Below are positions 19,227 through 29,890 of a stretch of DNA of 64,000 nt, piece by piece. Within the stretch, counting starts at the first letter, position 1. Each line of letters starts with the position of its first letter. The translations under genes and the position numbers were made by a program. The stretch is from Pseudoduganella sp. (GTDB taxonomy: Bacteria > Pseudomonadota > Gammaproteobacteria > Burkholderiales > Burkholderiaceae_D): positions 6,336-70,335 of the forward strand of contig DASWTB010000230.1 of the NCBI GenBank assembly GCA_036402315.1, written 5' to 3'. Below the pieces are notes generated by a model that saw only the letters and a list, made by a program, of their open reading frames with translations, was not told the DNA's origin and did not search any database.

Positions 19227-22200
19227 TTAATTCTCCATAAGTCTTTTACGCCGCCGAAGCAGCAAGTATGCCGCAGGAACCACAAACAGCGATAGCAGGG
19301 GCGCGGACAACATTCCCCCCACCATCGGCGCAGCAATGCGCTGCATGATTTCCGAGCCGGTTCCGGCGCCGACCATGATCGGCACCAGGCCGGCCACGAT
19401 CACGGTTACCGTCATGGCTTTTGGCCGCACCCGCAGCACGGCGCCCTCGCGGATTGCGTCGAGCAGGTCGGCCTCGCTGAGCCGCCCTGCCGCTTCGCGT
19501 GCCTCCCAGGCATGCTTCAGGTAGAGCAGCATGATGACGCCGAATTCCGCCGCCACGCCCGCCAGTGCAATAAAGCCAACACCTGATGCGACCGACAGGT
19601 TGTGGCCCAGCGTCCACAACAGCCAGACCCCGCCGGCCAGCGCGAACGGCAGTGTTGCCATAATCAGCGCCGCCTCGTCGGCACGGCGGAAGGTGAGGTA
19701 GAGCAGCACGAAGATAATCAGCAGCGTAGCGGGCACCACGACCCGCAGGCGCGCCGTTGCGCGCTCCAGGTATTCGAACTGGCCCGACCACGAGACCGAA
19801 TAGCCGGCCGGCAGCTTGACGCTGGCGGCGACGGCCCGCTGCATTTCCTGTACTGCCGAACGCAAGTCGCGGCCGTGGATATCCACATACACCCAGCCGG
19901 ACAGGCGTGCGTTCTCGCTGCGCAGCATCGGCGGACCGTCGCTGATGCGCACCGTTGCCACGTCGGCCAGGCGCAACTGGGCGCCGCGTTCGGTCAGCAG
20001 CGGCAAGGCGCGCAGGCTCTCGAGCGAATCGCGCAGTTCGCGCGGGTAGCGCACATTGATCGGGAAGCGTTGCAGGCCCTCGACCGTCTCGCCGACATTG
20101 TCGCCGCCCACCGCGCTGGCGATGATGCTTTGCACTTCGTCAATGTTGAGGCCATAGCGGCCTGCCGCGGCGCGATCGATGGCGACGTCGATGTAGCGTC
20201 CTCCGTTCAGGCGTTCCGCCAGCGCCGAGGACACGCCGGCCACCGGCCGCACCGCACGCTCGATCTCGCCGGCGATTCGGTCGATCTCCTGCAGGCTGGC
20301 GCCCGACACCTTGACGCCCACCGGGCTCTTGATGCCGGTAGCCAGCATGTCGATCCGGTTGCGGATCGGCGGCACCCAGATATTGGCCAGGCCGGGCACC
20401 TTGACGATGCGGTCCAGTTCCGCCACCAGCTTGTCCGGCGTCATGCCCGCCCGCCACTGGTCGCGCGGCTTGAACTGGATGGTGGTCTCGAACATCTCCA
20501 GCGGCGCCGGATCGGTGGCCGATTCCGCCCGTCCTGCCTTGCCGAAGACGCTCTGCACTTCGGGCACGGTCTTGATCATGCGGTCAGTCTGCTGCAGCAG
20601 CTGCTGCACCTTGCCGGCGCTCAGGCCCGGCAAGGCGGAAGGCATGTACAGCAGGTCGCCTTCGTCCAGCGGCGGCATGAATTCGCCGCCCATGTGCGCC
20701 AGGGGCCACAGCGACAGCACCGCCACGGCCGCCGCGATGGCCAGCGTCGCTTTTGGCCAGTGCAGCACGCGCTCGAGCAGGGGCCGGTACAGCGCAATCA
20801 GCCAGCGATTGAGGGGATTGGCATGTTCGTCCGGGATGCGGCCGCGAATCAGGTAGCCCATCAGGACCGGGATCAACGTTATCGCCAGCGCTGCCGCAGC
20901 CGCCATGGCATAGGTCTTGGTGAAGGCCAGCGGCGCAAACAGCCGGCCTTCCTGCGCTTCCAGTGTGAACACCGGGATGAAGGACAGCACGATGATCAGC
21001 AGCGAGAAGAACAGCGCGGGCCCTACTTCGGCCGCCGCGGCGCCGATGACCTGCCAGTGCTCTTCGCCTTCCAAGGCGCGGTCGGGGTGGGCATGGCGCC
21101 ACGCTTCGATATGCTTGTGGGCGTTCTCGATCATCACCACCGCAGCATCGACCATGGCGCCGATGGCAATCGCAATCCCGCCCAGCGACATGATGTTGGC
21201 GTTGACGCCCTGGTAATGCATGACCAGGTAGGCAGCCAGCACGCCCAGCGGCAGCGACACGATCGCCACCAGCGCGGAGCGCAGGTGGAACAGGAATACC
21301 GCGCACACCAGGGCGACCACCACGAATTCCTCCGCCAGCTTGGTTTCAAGGTTAGTGACAGCCCGGCGGATCAGGTTCGAGCGGTCGTACACCGGCACGA
21401 TCTCCACGCCGGGCGGCAAGCTGGCCTTGAGCGCCGCCAGGCGCGCCTTGACCGCATCGATGGTCTCCAGCGCGTTCTTCCCCGAACGCATGACAATCAC
21501 GCCGCCGGCCACCTCGCCTTCGCCATTCAGTTCGGCGATGCCGCGCCGCATTTCCGGGCCAAGCTGGATGGTTGCCACGTCGCCCAGGCGCACCGCGACT
21601 CCACCTTCGCTGGCCGTCAGCGGAATCTGGCGGAAGTCTTCCAGCGAACGCAGGTAACCCGAGGCGCGCACCATGTACTCCGCTTCCGCCAGCTCCAGCA
21701 CCGAGCCGCCGGTTTCCTGGTTGGCGCGGCGGATGGCGTCGATCGCCCTGCCGTGCGTGATATTGAACGCGCGCAGCCGGGCCGGGTCGAGCACCACCTG
21801 GTATTGCTTGACCATGCCGCCCAGGCTGGCCACTTCGGCCACGTTCGGCACCGCCTTCAGTTCGTACTTGAGGAACCAGTCCTGCAAGGCGCGCAGCTGC
21901 GCCAGGTCGTGCTTTCCGCTGCGGTCCACCAGCGCGTATTCGAATACCCAGCCCACGCCCGTCGCATCGGGTCCCAGCGAGGCGCGCGCCTGGGCAGGCA
22001 ACCGCGACTGCACCTGGTTCAGGTACTCCAGCACGCGCGAGCGCGCCCAGTACGGGTCGGTGCCGTCCTCGAACAGCACGTACACGAAGGAGTCGCCGAA
22101 GAAGGAATAGCCGCGCACCGTGCGGGCGCCCGGCACCGACAGCATCTGCGTGGTCAGCGGGTAGGTTACCTGGTTCTCAACAATCTGCGGCGCCTGCCCG

Positions 22201-22361
22201 GGAAAGCTGGTGCGGATGATGACTTGCACGTCGGACAGGTCCGGGATCGCATCCAGCGGCGTGCGCTGCAGCGCCCAGGCGCCCCAGCCGGCCAGCAGCG
22301 CCGATGCCAGCAGCACCAGGAAGCGGTTGCGGATCGACCAGAGGATCAGTTTCGCGATCAT
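19227..22361 (-). CDS. cusA: Cu/Ag efflux RND permease CusA
   Basis: ATG 22361 (ATGA overlap); [56 protein letters not shown]. Confidence 0.96.
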   Translation of the reverse strand: MIAKLILWSIRNRFLVLLASALLAGWGAWALQRTPLDAIPDLSDVQVIIRTSFPGQAPQIVENQVTYPLTTQMLSVPGARTVRGYSFFGDSFVYVLFEDGTDPYWARSRVLEYLNQVQSRLPAQARASLGPDATGVGWVFEYALVDRSGKHDLAQLRALQDWFLKYELKAVPNVAEVASLGGMVKQYQVVLDPARLRAFNITHGRAIDAIRRANQETGGSVLELAEAEYMVRASGYLRSLEDFRQIPLTASEGGVAVRLGDVATIQLGPEMRRGIAELNGEGEVAGGVIVMRSGKNALETIDAVKARLAALKASLPPGVEIVPVYDRSNLIRRAVTNLETKLAEEFVVVALVCAVFLFHLRSALVAIVSLPLGVLAAYLVMHYQGVNANIMSLGGIAIAIGAMVDAAVVMIENAHKHIEAWRHAHPDRALEGEEHWQVIGAAAAEVGPALFFSLLIIVLSFIPVFTLEAQEGRLFAPLAFTKTYAMAAAAALAITLIPVLMGYLIRGRIPDEHANPLNRWLIALYRPLLERVLHWPKATLAIAAAVAVLSLWPLAHMGGEFMPPLDEGDLLYMPSALPGLSAGKVQQLLQQTDRMIKTVPEVQSVFGKAGRAESATDPAPLEMFETTIQFKPRDQWRAGMTPDKLVAELDRIVKVPGLANIWVPPIRNRIDMLATGIKSPVGVKVSGASLQEIDRIAGEIERAVRPVAGVSSALAERLNGGRYIDVAIDRAAAGRYGLNIDEVQSIIASAVGGDNVGETVEGLQRFPINVRYPRELRDSLESLRALPLLTERGAQLRLADVATVRISDGPPMLRSENARLSGWVYVDIHGRDLRSAVQEMQRAVAASVKLPAGYSVSWSGQFEYLERATARLRVVVPATLLIIFVLLYLTFRRADEAALIMATLPFALAGGVWLLWTLGHNLSVASGVGFIALAGVAAEFGVIMLLYLKHAWEAREAAGRLSEADLLDAIREGAVLRVRPKAMTVTVIVAGLVPIMVGAGTGSEIMQRIAAPMVGGMLSAPLLSLFVVPAAYLLLRRRKRLMEN

Positions 22362-23836
22362 TTGCGGTCCCCGTGCTGGTGCGCCGCCGGTGTCATGGTC
22401 GTGACCTGGAAGCTGCCATCCGCCTGCTGCACGAATTCGAACGACACGCGATCGCCCGCTGAAACCTGTAGCGGCAGGCCGCCGCGCGGCAGCTTGAACG
22501 ACATCGTCATCGCCGGCCACTTGAGCGTGCCAATCGGTCCATGCGACAAGGTGATTTCATCCTTATCCACCGCTTCCACGGTCGCCTCGCCGCGATGGAC
22601 CAGCGGCGCCGGGCCGGCCATGCGCTGGCCGCTGCCTTTCAGGTTCGCTTCCGAATCGACCAGGAACTGCCCGGAGACGGCCACTTTCTGCCCAGCCTGC
22701 AAGCCCGCGCGGATTTCAACCTGCCCGCCCGACTCCGCGCCGAGTTCGACCTGCACCGGCGCGAACTTGCCGACCCCCTCCTCGACCATCACGACGTTGC
22801 GCGTGCCTGTGCGGATCACCGCTTCCGACGGCACCAGCAGCGCTGGCTGCCGCTGGCGCGGCGCAAACGACAGCGTCACGAACATGCCTGGCGCCAGGCG
22901 TCCGCCCGGGTTGGACAGTTCGATGCGCGCCTGCACGGTGCGCGTTGCCGCACTCACCTGTGGCAGGATCGCCGCCACCTTGCCGTGCAGCTCCGCCTCG
23001 GGCAGGGCTGCGGCGCGCGCGGACACTTCGGTGCCCACCGGCACCTGCGCCACCGCATTCTCCGGCAGCTCCGCGTTGACCCACACCGTATCGAGCCCGT
23101 TGATGCGGTACAGTGGCGCGCCGGCGGCAACCGCCATGCCTTCGCGCGCCGCCAGTTCCGTCACCACGCCGGAGCGCGGCGCCACCAGCACCTGGCGCGC
23201 CAGCACACGCCCGCCCGATTCCACCTGCCGCACCTGCTGCTCGCTCATGCCCGCCAGCAGCATGCGCTGGCGCGCCGCATCCAGCAAGCCCTGCGCGGCG
23301 CCAGCCTGCATGCGGCGCACAGCCAGGAACTCCTCCTGCGCCGCCACCCAGTCCGGCAGGGTGACTTCGGCCAGCGGCTGGCCGCGCCGCACGCTCTCCA
23401 GCGGCGCGCGCACCAGCACGCGCTCGACAAAGCCATTCGCGCGGGACTGCACCACCGCCACTTCGCGCTCGTCGAAAGCCACATTGCCGACCGCCGAAAC
23501 CGTCAACGACAGCGGCGCACTGGCGACCGGCGCCGTGCGCACGCCAAGGTTCTGCTGCACGCGCGGGCTGATGCTGACAGCGCCCGCATCGGCGCCCTCG
23601 TCGGCGTAGACCGGCACCAGCTGCATGTCCATATAGGGCGACTTGCCCGGCTTGTCGAATTTCTGGCCTGGCACCATTGGATCGTGCCAGTAAAGGGGTT
23701 TGCGGCCTTCCGCTGCCGCAGTTGGAGCCTGTACCGGCGCCGCCTGGCGCTTGCCCAGCTGGTAGCCGCCAAGCGCTCCCACGGCGCCCAGCGCGCCAGC
23801 CGCCACGATGGCGGCGATCGTTGCGTTCTTTTTCAT
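22358..23836 (-). CDS. cusB: Cu efflux adaptor CusB with N-terminal metal-binding motif and C-terminal CusF-like domain
   Basis: ATG 23836; [33 protein letters not shown]-terminal [17 protein letters not shown]. Confidence 0.92.
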   Translation of the reverse strand: MKKNATIAAIVAAGALGAVGALGGYQLGKRQAAPVQAPTAAAEGRKPLYWHDPMVPGQKFDKPGKSPYMDMQLVPVYADEGADAGAVSISPRVQQNLGVRTAPVASAPLSLTVSAVGNVAFDEREVAVVQSRANGFVERVLVRAPLESVRRGQPLAEVTLPDWVAAQEEFLAVRRMQAGAAQGLLDAARQRMLLAGMSEQQVRQVESGGRVLARQVLVAPRSGVVTELAAREGMAVAAGAPLYRINGLDTVWVNAELPENAVAQVPVGTEVSARAAALPEAELHGKVAAILPQVSAATRTVQARIELSNPGGRLAPGMFVTLSFAPRQRQPALLVPSEAVIRTGTRNVVMVEEGVGKFAPVQVELGAESGGQVEIRAGLQAGQKVAVSGQFLVDSEANLKGSGQRMAGPAPLVHRGEATVEAVDKDEITLSHGPIGTLKWPAMTMSFKLPRGGLPLQVSAGDRVSFEFVQQADGSFQVTTMTPAAHQHGDRK

Positions 23837-25083
23837 TGGTGGCCTTTCGCCGGCAGGATATAAGTGAGTTGCGCCCATACGCGCGCATTGTCCCGTTCAA
23901 GCTGCAGCGCTTGCAGGCGCTGCTCGCTTTCCGACCGGCGTGCCGCCAGCACCTCCCCCAGGCTGGCCTTGCCGCCACGGTAGGCAGCCAGCGCCGCCTC
24001 CGTACGCGCGCTTGCCAACGGCAGCACTTCCTTCTCGAAGCGCGCAATGCGCTCGCGGCCTGCCTGCCACTCGGCCAGCTGGCTGCGCACTTCAGCCAGG
24101 TGCTCGCGCAAGGCTTCGTCGCGCTCGGCCTGCGCCTGCCCGGCCATCGCCAGCCGCGCCGACAACTCACGGTCCTGGCGGCGGCCGCGGTCCCATTGCA
24201 GCGGCACGGACACGCCAAACGACACCATGCCCGGATAACCCGGCCCGCGCTGCTGCAAGGCCACTTCCACGCTCCAGTCGGGCGTGCGGTTGGCGCGCGC
24301 CAGCCCTGCTTCCGCCTGCGCCAGTTCGGCCTGGCGCGCCAGCACCGCCACCTGGGGGTGATGTTCGAGCGCTGCTTCCAGCGTGGCCGGGGCCAGCGCG
24401 ATGCTGCTGGTATCCGCGCTGCCATCGAGCGCCACGTCCACCGGCTCGCCGGTCCAGCGCGCCAGCATAATGGCGGCATTGCGCGCCTGCAGGCCAAGTT
24501 CCGTTGCGCGGTCCTCCAGCGCCAGCAGGGTCGCCCGCGCTTCGAGCAAGCCGGCCTGGCCGGAGCGGCCGCCGCGATAAGCTGCTTCCGCTGCAGTGAT
24601 TTCGTCGCGCGACAAGGTGGCCTGGCGCGCCAGTTCGGCGCTCATGCGCTCGAGATGGTAGCGGTCAAGCCAGGCAATGGCAGTGTCGCGCTGGATGTTG
24701 GCCGTCAGCGCTTCGGCCGCCGCCAGGCTGCGCGCGGCTTCGCTCTCGAAGCGGGCGGCACGCCAGCGGCGCTTGTCGCTGCTGGTCAGCTCCTGCATCA
24801 CGCCGATGCGGCGCATGGTCATGGAATCGGCGCCAATGCGGTAACGGTCGGCACCACTGACGGGAAGGTTGTCGACGCCGGCTTTCAGCACCGGGTCGGG
24901 CAATTGGGCTGCGGCGACAGCCATGTCGCGCGCGGCATCGGCCGCAAGGCCTTGCGCTGCCAGTTGGCGCGAACGCTCAACGGCGCGTTGCTGCGCTTGC
25001 GCCAGCGTCAACGCATGAGCCTGGGCGGCCAGCGCCAACGCACAGCCCAAGGCCAGGCAGCGCCTGGTAAACAGGGAAAACAT
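23833..25083 (-). CDS. TolC-family outer-membrane factor of the copper efflux system (CusC-like)
   Basis: ATG 25083 after GGAGG; AAQLPDPVL, SMTMRRIGVMQ, PDWSVE; coupled to cusB. Confidence 0.88.
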   Translation of the reverse strand: MFSLFTRRCLALGCALALAAQAHALTLAQAQQRAVERSRQLAAQGLAADAARDMAVAAAQLPDPVLKAGVDNLPVSGADRYRIGADSMTMRRIGVMQELTSSDKRRWRAARFESEAARSLAAAEALTANIQRDTAIAWLDRYHLERMSAELARQATLSRDEITAAEAAYRGGRSGQAGLLEARATLLALEDRATELGLQARNAAIMLARWTGEPVDVALDGSADTSSIALAPATLEAALEHHPQVAVLARQAELAQAEAGLARANRTPDWSVEVALQQRGPGYPGMVSFGVSVPLQWDRGRRQDRELSARLAMAGQAQAERDEALREHLAEVRSQLAEWQAGRERIARFEKEVLPLASARTEAALAAYRGGKASLGEVLAARRSESEQRLQALQLERDNARVWAQLTYILPAKGHQ

Positions 25084-25160
25084 GAAACCTCCAGAGTGCA
25101 AAGAAAACCACGCGCTGGCCATGCTGGCGTGCGCGAAACGGTATCAGGCAAACTGGAAGG

Positions 25161-25535
25161 TCAATTGCGGAAGCAGCAATGCTCTATGGAGTGCGGCGGC
25201 GACAAACTGCGCGCCAGGCCTGGCGGGGCGGCTGCACCTTCGACGGTATCGGGCGCCCAGGCATCTGCGATGACCACGCCTGCCAGGTCGGCTGCGATGA
25301 AAGGCAGCACAGGCGGCAAGTCGGGCTTGTCGAGCGCCTGTTTGGCGGCCAGGTTGGTCGCCTTGGCCTTGCACAGGCTGGGCTGGGCCGGGTCCATGCC
25401 GGCACACTGGGCGCCGGTGGCAACCGGTTCTCCGGCGGTAGGACAGGCATAGGACGCTACCGCAAGCTGCATGAACAGCATGCTGAACAGCGCCACCACT
25501 GCGGCCACGATCCTGGAAGTCCGGCGGAATTTCAT
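25161..25535 (-). CDS. Small exported Cys-containing leader protein upstream of the cus operon
   Basis: LFSMLFMQLAVASYACP signal, CAGMD..LC, C-terminal RSLSPPHSIEHCCFRN. Confidence 0.65.
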   Translation of the reverse strand: MKFRRTSRIVAAVVALFSMLFMQLAVASYACPTAGEPVATGAQCAGMDPAQPSLCKAKATNLAAKQALDKPDLPPVLPFIAADLAGVVIADAWAPDTVEGAAAPPGLARSLSPPHSIEHCCFRN

Positions 25536-25559
25536 GGGGGCGATGATAGACCGTTTCCG

Positions 25560-25724
25560 TCAATCGATCAACGACTTCACCATTATCTTGCCGTCCGGCG
25601 TCAGCCAGTGGTGCGTGCCCTCTTTTACCATCGCAATGCGCGGCAGTGGCGCGCCGATCTTGATGTCGGCGGCGCCGGCGGAGGCGCAAGCCAGCGCAAG
25701 GATCAACAGCCAGCGTTTGTGCAT
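25560..25724 (-). CDS. 54-aa signal-peptide ORF, possibly an internally deleted remnant
   Basis: Manual translation MHKRWLLILALACASAGAADIKIGAPLPRIAMVKEGTHHWLTPDGKIMVKSLID*; GGAGG/GAGGT upstream; below ORF-track cutoff. Confidence 0.55.
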   Translation of the reverse strand: MHKRWLLILALACASAGAADIKIGAPLPRIAMVKEGTHHWLTPDGKIMVKSLID

Positions 25725-25763
25725 TACCTCGCCTCCTTAAAAGTTATGCAATTGTGCCAGCAC

Positions 25764-25864
25764 TGCCACTTATTTGCGCAGCGGGTTTTTTCGCCATCAA
25801 ATCATGGCCTTAACACACGGCTCCCTTTCTTGTTAACAGACTTTTCCACAGAAACCGTTAACAA
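25764..25864. repeat. Dispersed ~101-bp repeat, copy 1 (DnaA-box-like core)
   Basis: Core 25829-25864 CTTGTTAACAGACTTTTCCACAGAAACCGTTAACAA matches 31508-31543 at 34/36; upstream blocks align at the same 5679-bp offset. Confidence 0.85.
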
Positions 25865-25933
25865 GTGCCCTGCACCGTCCATTGGTACTTATGCTAACGT
25901 TATGACCTTCATCACGCGACACCGGCTGCTTCC

Positions 25934-28345
25934 ATGACTTCAAAAAATGCGGTTGTTTGCCTCGCACTGCTGCTGGCGCTTTCGGCGGCCGGCGCGGCGC
26001 CCCAGTACGCAAGTGGCGAACGGCTGCAAGCCCGCTGGGAGCAGCAAGACCTGGGCAAAGGTGGGCGGCTTGAACTCACGAACATCGACAGCAAACCCCT
26101 GCCCGCGCAAGGATGGTCGATCTATTTCAACTGCATCGAGTGCGCAGTGGCGGGGCCACTGCCCGGCAAGCTGGCAATCGAAGAACTGGGTGGCACGCTG
26201 TACCGCCTGCGTCCCGAGCCGGGCTTCGCCGGCCTGCCGCCGGGACAGGTCATGGCGGCCGCCTACCGGGCCCCGAGTGCAGACCTCAAGGCCTACCGGG
26301 CTCCGGCGGGCTTGTACCTGGTGTACGCGTCCACGCCCGACAAAGCACAGGCGATCACGGATTACAAGTTGCTGCCGCTGCCGCGCCCGGAGCAGCTTGA
26401 AAACGGCCAGGCAGTCAGCGCACAAGAGCTGTACCGCCGCAATGCAAACACCGTCGTACTGCCCGCTGAAGCTTTGCCGCCCATCCTCCCCACCCCGCTG
26501 CAACTGCAGAAAGGAAGCGGCATCCTGCACCTGCCGTCAGCGCCGGTCGTTGTTGCAGGCGACGGCCTGGCAAATGAGATCAGCCTTGCTGCCAACCTGC
26601 TGAAACAATACTGGCCCGCAAACGCGCCCGGGCCGGCAGCGGCGAAGCTGCGGCTCTCAATCGGCGCCGTAGCCGGCCAGGCTTCGCCAGAGGCATACAC
26701 CCTGGCCGTGGATGCGCAAGGCATCGCGATCACCGGCAACAGCGCCGCCGGCGTCGCGCATGGCCTGCAGTCGCTGCGCGACCTGCTGCCACTGCCCACC
26801 GCCGGCAACAGCAAAGCGGTGGAGCTGCCGATGCTGACCGTCACCGATGCGCCACGCTTCGCCTATCGCGGCCTGATGCTGGATGTCAGCCGCAACTTCC
26901 AGCCCAAGCAAACCATCTTCCGCCTGCTCGACCTGATGGCGCGCTACAAGCTGAACGCCTTCCACCTCCACCTGACCGACGACGAAGGCTGGCGCCTTGA
27001 GATCCCCGGCCTGCCGGAACTGACCAGCATCGGGGCAGTGCGCGGCCACAGCGCCAGGCCGGGCCTGCGCCTGCAGCCGGAATACGGCTCCGGCCCAGAC
27101 GCCACCGATCCACACGGCAGCGGCTTTTATTCGCGCGCCGATTACCTCGACATCCTGCGTTATGCGGCAGCCCGCCATATCGAAGTGATTCCCGAGATCG
27201 AAATGCCCGGCCATGCGCGCGCCGCCATCAAGGCGATGGAAGCGCGCTACCTGCGCATGAAGGCGGCAGGCCAGGCAAGCGCCGACCGATACCTGCTGAA
27301 CGACCTGGACGACCGCTCGCAATACAAATCGGTGCAGAACTACAAAGACAACGTGATAAACCCCGGGCTCGAGTCCAGCTACAGCTTCATCGAACACGTC
27401 GTGAAACAGGTCGCCGCCCTGCACCGGGAAGCCGGCGCTCCACTGCGTACCCTGCATGTCGGTGGCGATGAAGTACCGGCCGGCGTGTGGGAGAAATCTC
27501 CCGCCAGCCGCAAGCTGATGGCCAGCAGGAACCTGCAAGGCACAGCCGAACTGTGGGATTACTTCTACGACCGGGTCGACACCATCCTGCGCCGCAACGG
27601 CCTGTTCACCTCCGGCTGGGAAGAATTGGGAATGCGCAAGCACGCTCCCAATCCCCATTTCACGCAACGCGATGTCACGCTCTACGTTTGGAATAACGTC
27701 GGCGATGCCGCGGACCTGGGCTACCGCCTTGCCAATGCAGGCTACGACGTGGTGCTGGCCCCGGCCACCAGGCAATACCTGGACATGAGCCACAACAGGA
27801 ACCCGGATGAACCGGGCGTCAACTGGGCCAGCTACATCGAGCTCGATGACGTCTACCACTTCATCCCGCTGGACAAGAGCCTGACCGATGCCGGCAAGCG
27901 CCATATCCGCGGCCTGCAAGTCGCGTTGTGGACCGAGACCATCCGCGATCCGGCGCTGATCGACTACCTGCTGATGCCACGCCTGCTGGCCATGGCCGAA
28001 CGTGCCTGGGCCGCCGAACCGGAACTGGCGCGCGCAGCTGCCGCATGGTCAGGCTTTGCCAATGCACTGGGCCAGCGCGTGCTGCCCCGCCTCGACCTGG
28101 AGCAGGCGCCATCCGGGCCGCTGCAATACCGCATCGCCCCGCCCGGCTTGGCCCTGGAAGGCGGCAAGGTCTACGCCAACCATGCCCTGCCCGGCTTTGC
28201 CTTGCGCTACACCAGCGACGGCAGCGAGCCCACCGCCGCCAGCCCGCTGGTACAAGGGGCGATCGCAGAGCGTGGCCTGATCCAGGTGGCAGCTTTCGAC
28301 CGCAATGGCCGGCGCGGCGGCGTCTCGCGCATCGACAACCGCTAA
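25934..28345 (+). CDS. Beta-N-acetylhexosaminidase (GH20, chitobiase-type)
   Basis: Signal peptide; DAPRFAYRGLMLDVSRNF, HLTDDEGWR, IPEIEMPGH, catalytic HVGGDE, PRLLAMAERAW, LRYTSDGSEP. Confidence 0.93.
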   Translation: MTSKNAVVCLALLLALSAAGAAPQYASGERLQARWEQQDLGKGGRLELTNIDSKPLPAQGWSIYFNCIECAVAGPLPGKLAIEELGGTLYRLRPEPGFAGLPPGQVMAAAYRAPSADLKAYRAPAGLYLVYASTPDKAQAITDYKLLPLPRPEQLENGQAVSAQELYRRNANTVVLPAEALPPILPTPLQLQKGSGILHLPSAPVVVAGDGLANEISLAANLLKQYWPANAPGPAAAKLRLSIGAVAGQASPEAYTLAVDAQGIAITGNSAAGVAHGLQSLRDLLPLPTAGNSKAVELPMLTVTDAPRFAYRGLMLDVSRNFQPKQTIFRLLDLMARYKLNAFHLHLTDDEGWRLEIPGLPELTSIGAVRGHSARPGLRLQPEYGSGPDATDPHGSGFYSRADYLDILRYAAARHIEVIPEIEMPGHARAAIKAMEARYLRMKAAGQASADRYLLNDLDDRSQYKSVQNYKDNVINPGLESSYSFIEHVVKQVAALHREAGAPLRTLHVGGDEVPAGVWEKSPASRKLMASRNLQGTAELWDYFYDRVDTILRRNGLFTSGWEELGMRKHAPNPHFTQRDVTLYVWNNVGDAADLGYRLANAGYDVVLAPATRQYLDMSHNRNPDEPGVNWASYIELDDVYHFIPLDKSLTDAGKRHIRGLQVALWTETIRDPALIDYLLMPRLLAMAERAWAAEPELARAAAAWSGFANALGQRVLPRLDLEQAPSGPLQYRIAPPGLALEGGKVYANHALPGFALRYTSDGSEPTAASPLVQGAIAERGLIQVAAFDRNGRRGGVSRIDNR

Positions 28346-28354
28346 AGCCACAAT

Positions 28355-29890
28355 TCAGGCGCGCTGCAGGGCCTGCTCACTGATCTCGGACAGGTATTTG
28401 CGCAGCACATTCAAGTCAACCGGCTTGACCAGGTAATGCTGCATGCCGGCGCCGGACGCCTGGCGGCGCGCATCATCGTGTCCCCAGCCGGTCATGGCGA
28501 TGAAGACGATATCTTCGCAACCCTCGCGTTCATGGATGCGCCGCGCCGCGTCATAGCCTTGCATATCGGGCAGGCCGATATCCATCAGGACGGCGTGCGG
28601 GCGGAATCTCTCCGCCAGCGCGATCGCACCCTGTCCGTCGTGGGCCTTGGCTACCGTGTAGCCTTCCATTTCCAGCATTACCTGGAGCATGTCCGCGCCG
28701 TCTTCATTGTCGTCCACCACCATGATGCGCAGGGTGTCGTCGGCGTGGCCTTTGGACGCGCCGGAAGCCAGCCGCTCCTTGCTGCGCCGCTCCGGCACCA
28801 CAATCGGCATGCGCAGCACGAATTCGCAGCCCTTGCCGCTACCCTCACTGCTCACAGTGACATTCCCGCCATGCATGCGCGTAAAGCGCTGGGTCAGGCT
28901 CAGCCCGATCCCGAGACCGCCGAGGGTATGCGAGCGCCCGGCATGGCCCTGCACGAACAGGTCAAAGATGCGCGAACGCGCTTCCGGCTCCAGCCCGGCG
29001 CCATGGTCGCGCACCACGAATACGATGTCTTCGCCGTCCGCTGCCACATGGAGATGAATGGTCGACTGCGGCGGCGAGAACTTGACCGCATTGCTCAGCA
29101 CATTGGCCAGGCTCTGGACCAGACGCGCACGGTCGCCGTACAGCAGCACGCTGCCCTCGGGCTGGCGCAGGTGCAGTGTATGGCCGCCGGCGTCGATCTG
29201 CTCGCGGCAGATTTCCACGGCATGCTGCAGCACGGTCGCGGCGCTGACACACTCGCATTTCAGTGCGACCTTGTCGTTGGTGATGCGGGCCACGTCCAGC
29301 AAGTCGTCCACCAGGCGGGTCAGGTGCCGCACCTGGCGTTCGACCACCTGGCTGATGCTGCGTACCCTGGGATCGCTATCCGGAATGGTGTTCAGCACAT
29401 CCATCGCCGTGCGGATCGGCGCCAGCGGATTGCGCAGTTCGTGGCCAAGAATGGCCAGGAATTCATCCTTGTGGCGGTCCACCTCGCGCATTTCGTACTG
29501 CCGGCGGCGCGCACGCCCCGCCGACAGCGCCGCGCTCACCAGGGTGGCCCGGCGCACCGGCCGTTCGAGCAGCGTCACGTTGCCCACCTGCTCGAAGATG
29601 CGCTGGATGCCGGGCGAATCCAGCCCCTCCTTGCTCAAGACCAGCACCGGCAAGTCCGACCATGCCGGCTGGGCGGCAAGGAAGGCGGTCAGCTCGCGCA
29701 GGAATTCGTCGCTGAAGGCTTCTTCGACCACAAACAGCGCGGCAGCTCCCTGTTGCAACTGCTTCACCACGTCGTCCAGTACAAGGCAGATATGGCAAGC
29801 CAGGCGCACCTGCTTCAGCACCTGCTCGATCAGGCGGGCATCCTTGCCGACAGGGGCAAAAATGACGATGCGCTGTTCCTGCTCACTCAT
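28355..29890 (-). CDS. Cytoplasmic hybrid histidine kinase (degenerate REC-HisKA-HATPase-REC)
   Basis: Likely ATG 29890; FLAILGHELRNPLAP, NVLSNAVKF, DHGAG, GGLGIGL, VLMDIGLP; no TM segment; overlaps kaiC-like stop. Confidence 0.92.
   Translation of the reverse strand: MSEQEQRIVIFAPVGKDARLIEQVLKQVRLACHICLVLDDVVKQLQQGAAALFVVEEAFSDEFLRELTAFLAAQPAWSDLPVLVLSKEGLDSPGIQRIFEQVGNVTLLERPVRRATLVSAALSAGRARRRQYEMREVDRHKDEFLAILGHELRNPLAPIRTAMDVLNTIPDSDPRVRSISQVVERQVRHLTRLVDDLLDVARITNDKVALKCECVSAATVLQHAVEICREQIDAGGHTLHLRQPEGSVLLYGDRARLVQSLANVLSNAVKFSPPQSTIHLHVAADGEDIVFVVRDHGAGLEPEARSRIFDLFVQGHAGRSHTLGGLGIGLSLTQRFTRMHGGNVTVSSEGSGKGCEFVLRMPIVVPERRSKERLASGASKGHADDTLRIMVVDDNEDGADMLQVMLEMEGYTVAKAHDGQGAIALAERFRPHAVLMDIGLPDMQGYDAARRIHEREGCEDIVFIAMTGWGHDDARRQASGAGMQHYLVKPVDLNVLRKYLSEISEQALQRA

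Noticed and set aside
19602-23609. 1335-aa plus-strand ORF, and similar ones at 29058-31706, 35136-37802 and 60785-63034
   Set aside because: Opposite well-supported genes; expected from stop-codon scarcity in high-GC DNA
25764-25864. Replication origin or CRISPR repeat
   Set aside because: One clear DnaA-type box per copy, no dnaA/parAB/rep gene; only two 36-bp cores 5.7 kb apart, no spacer array or cas genes
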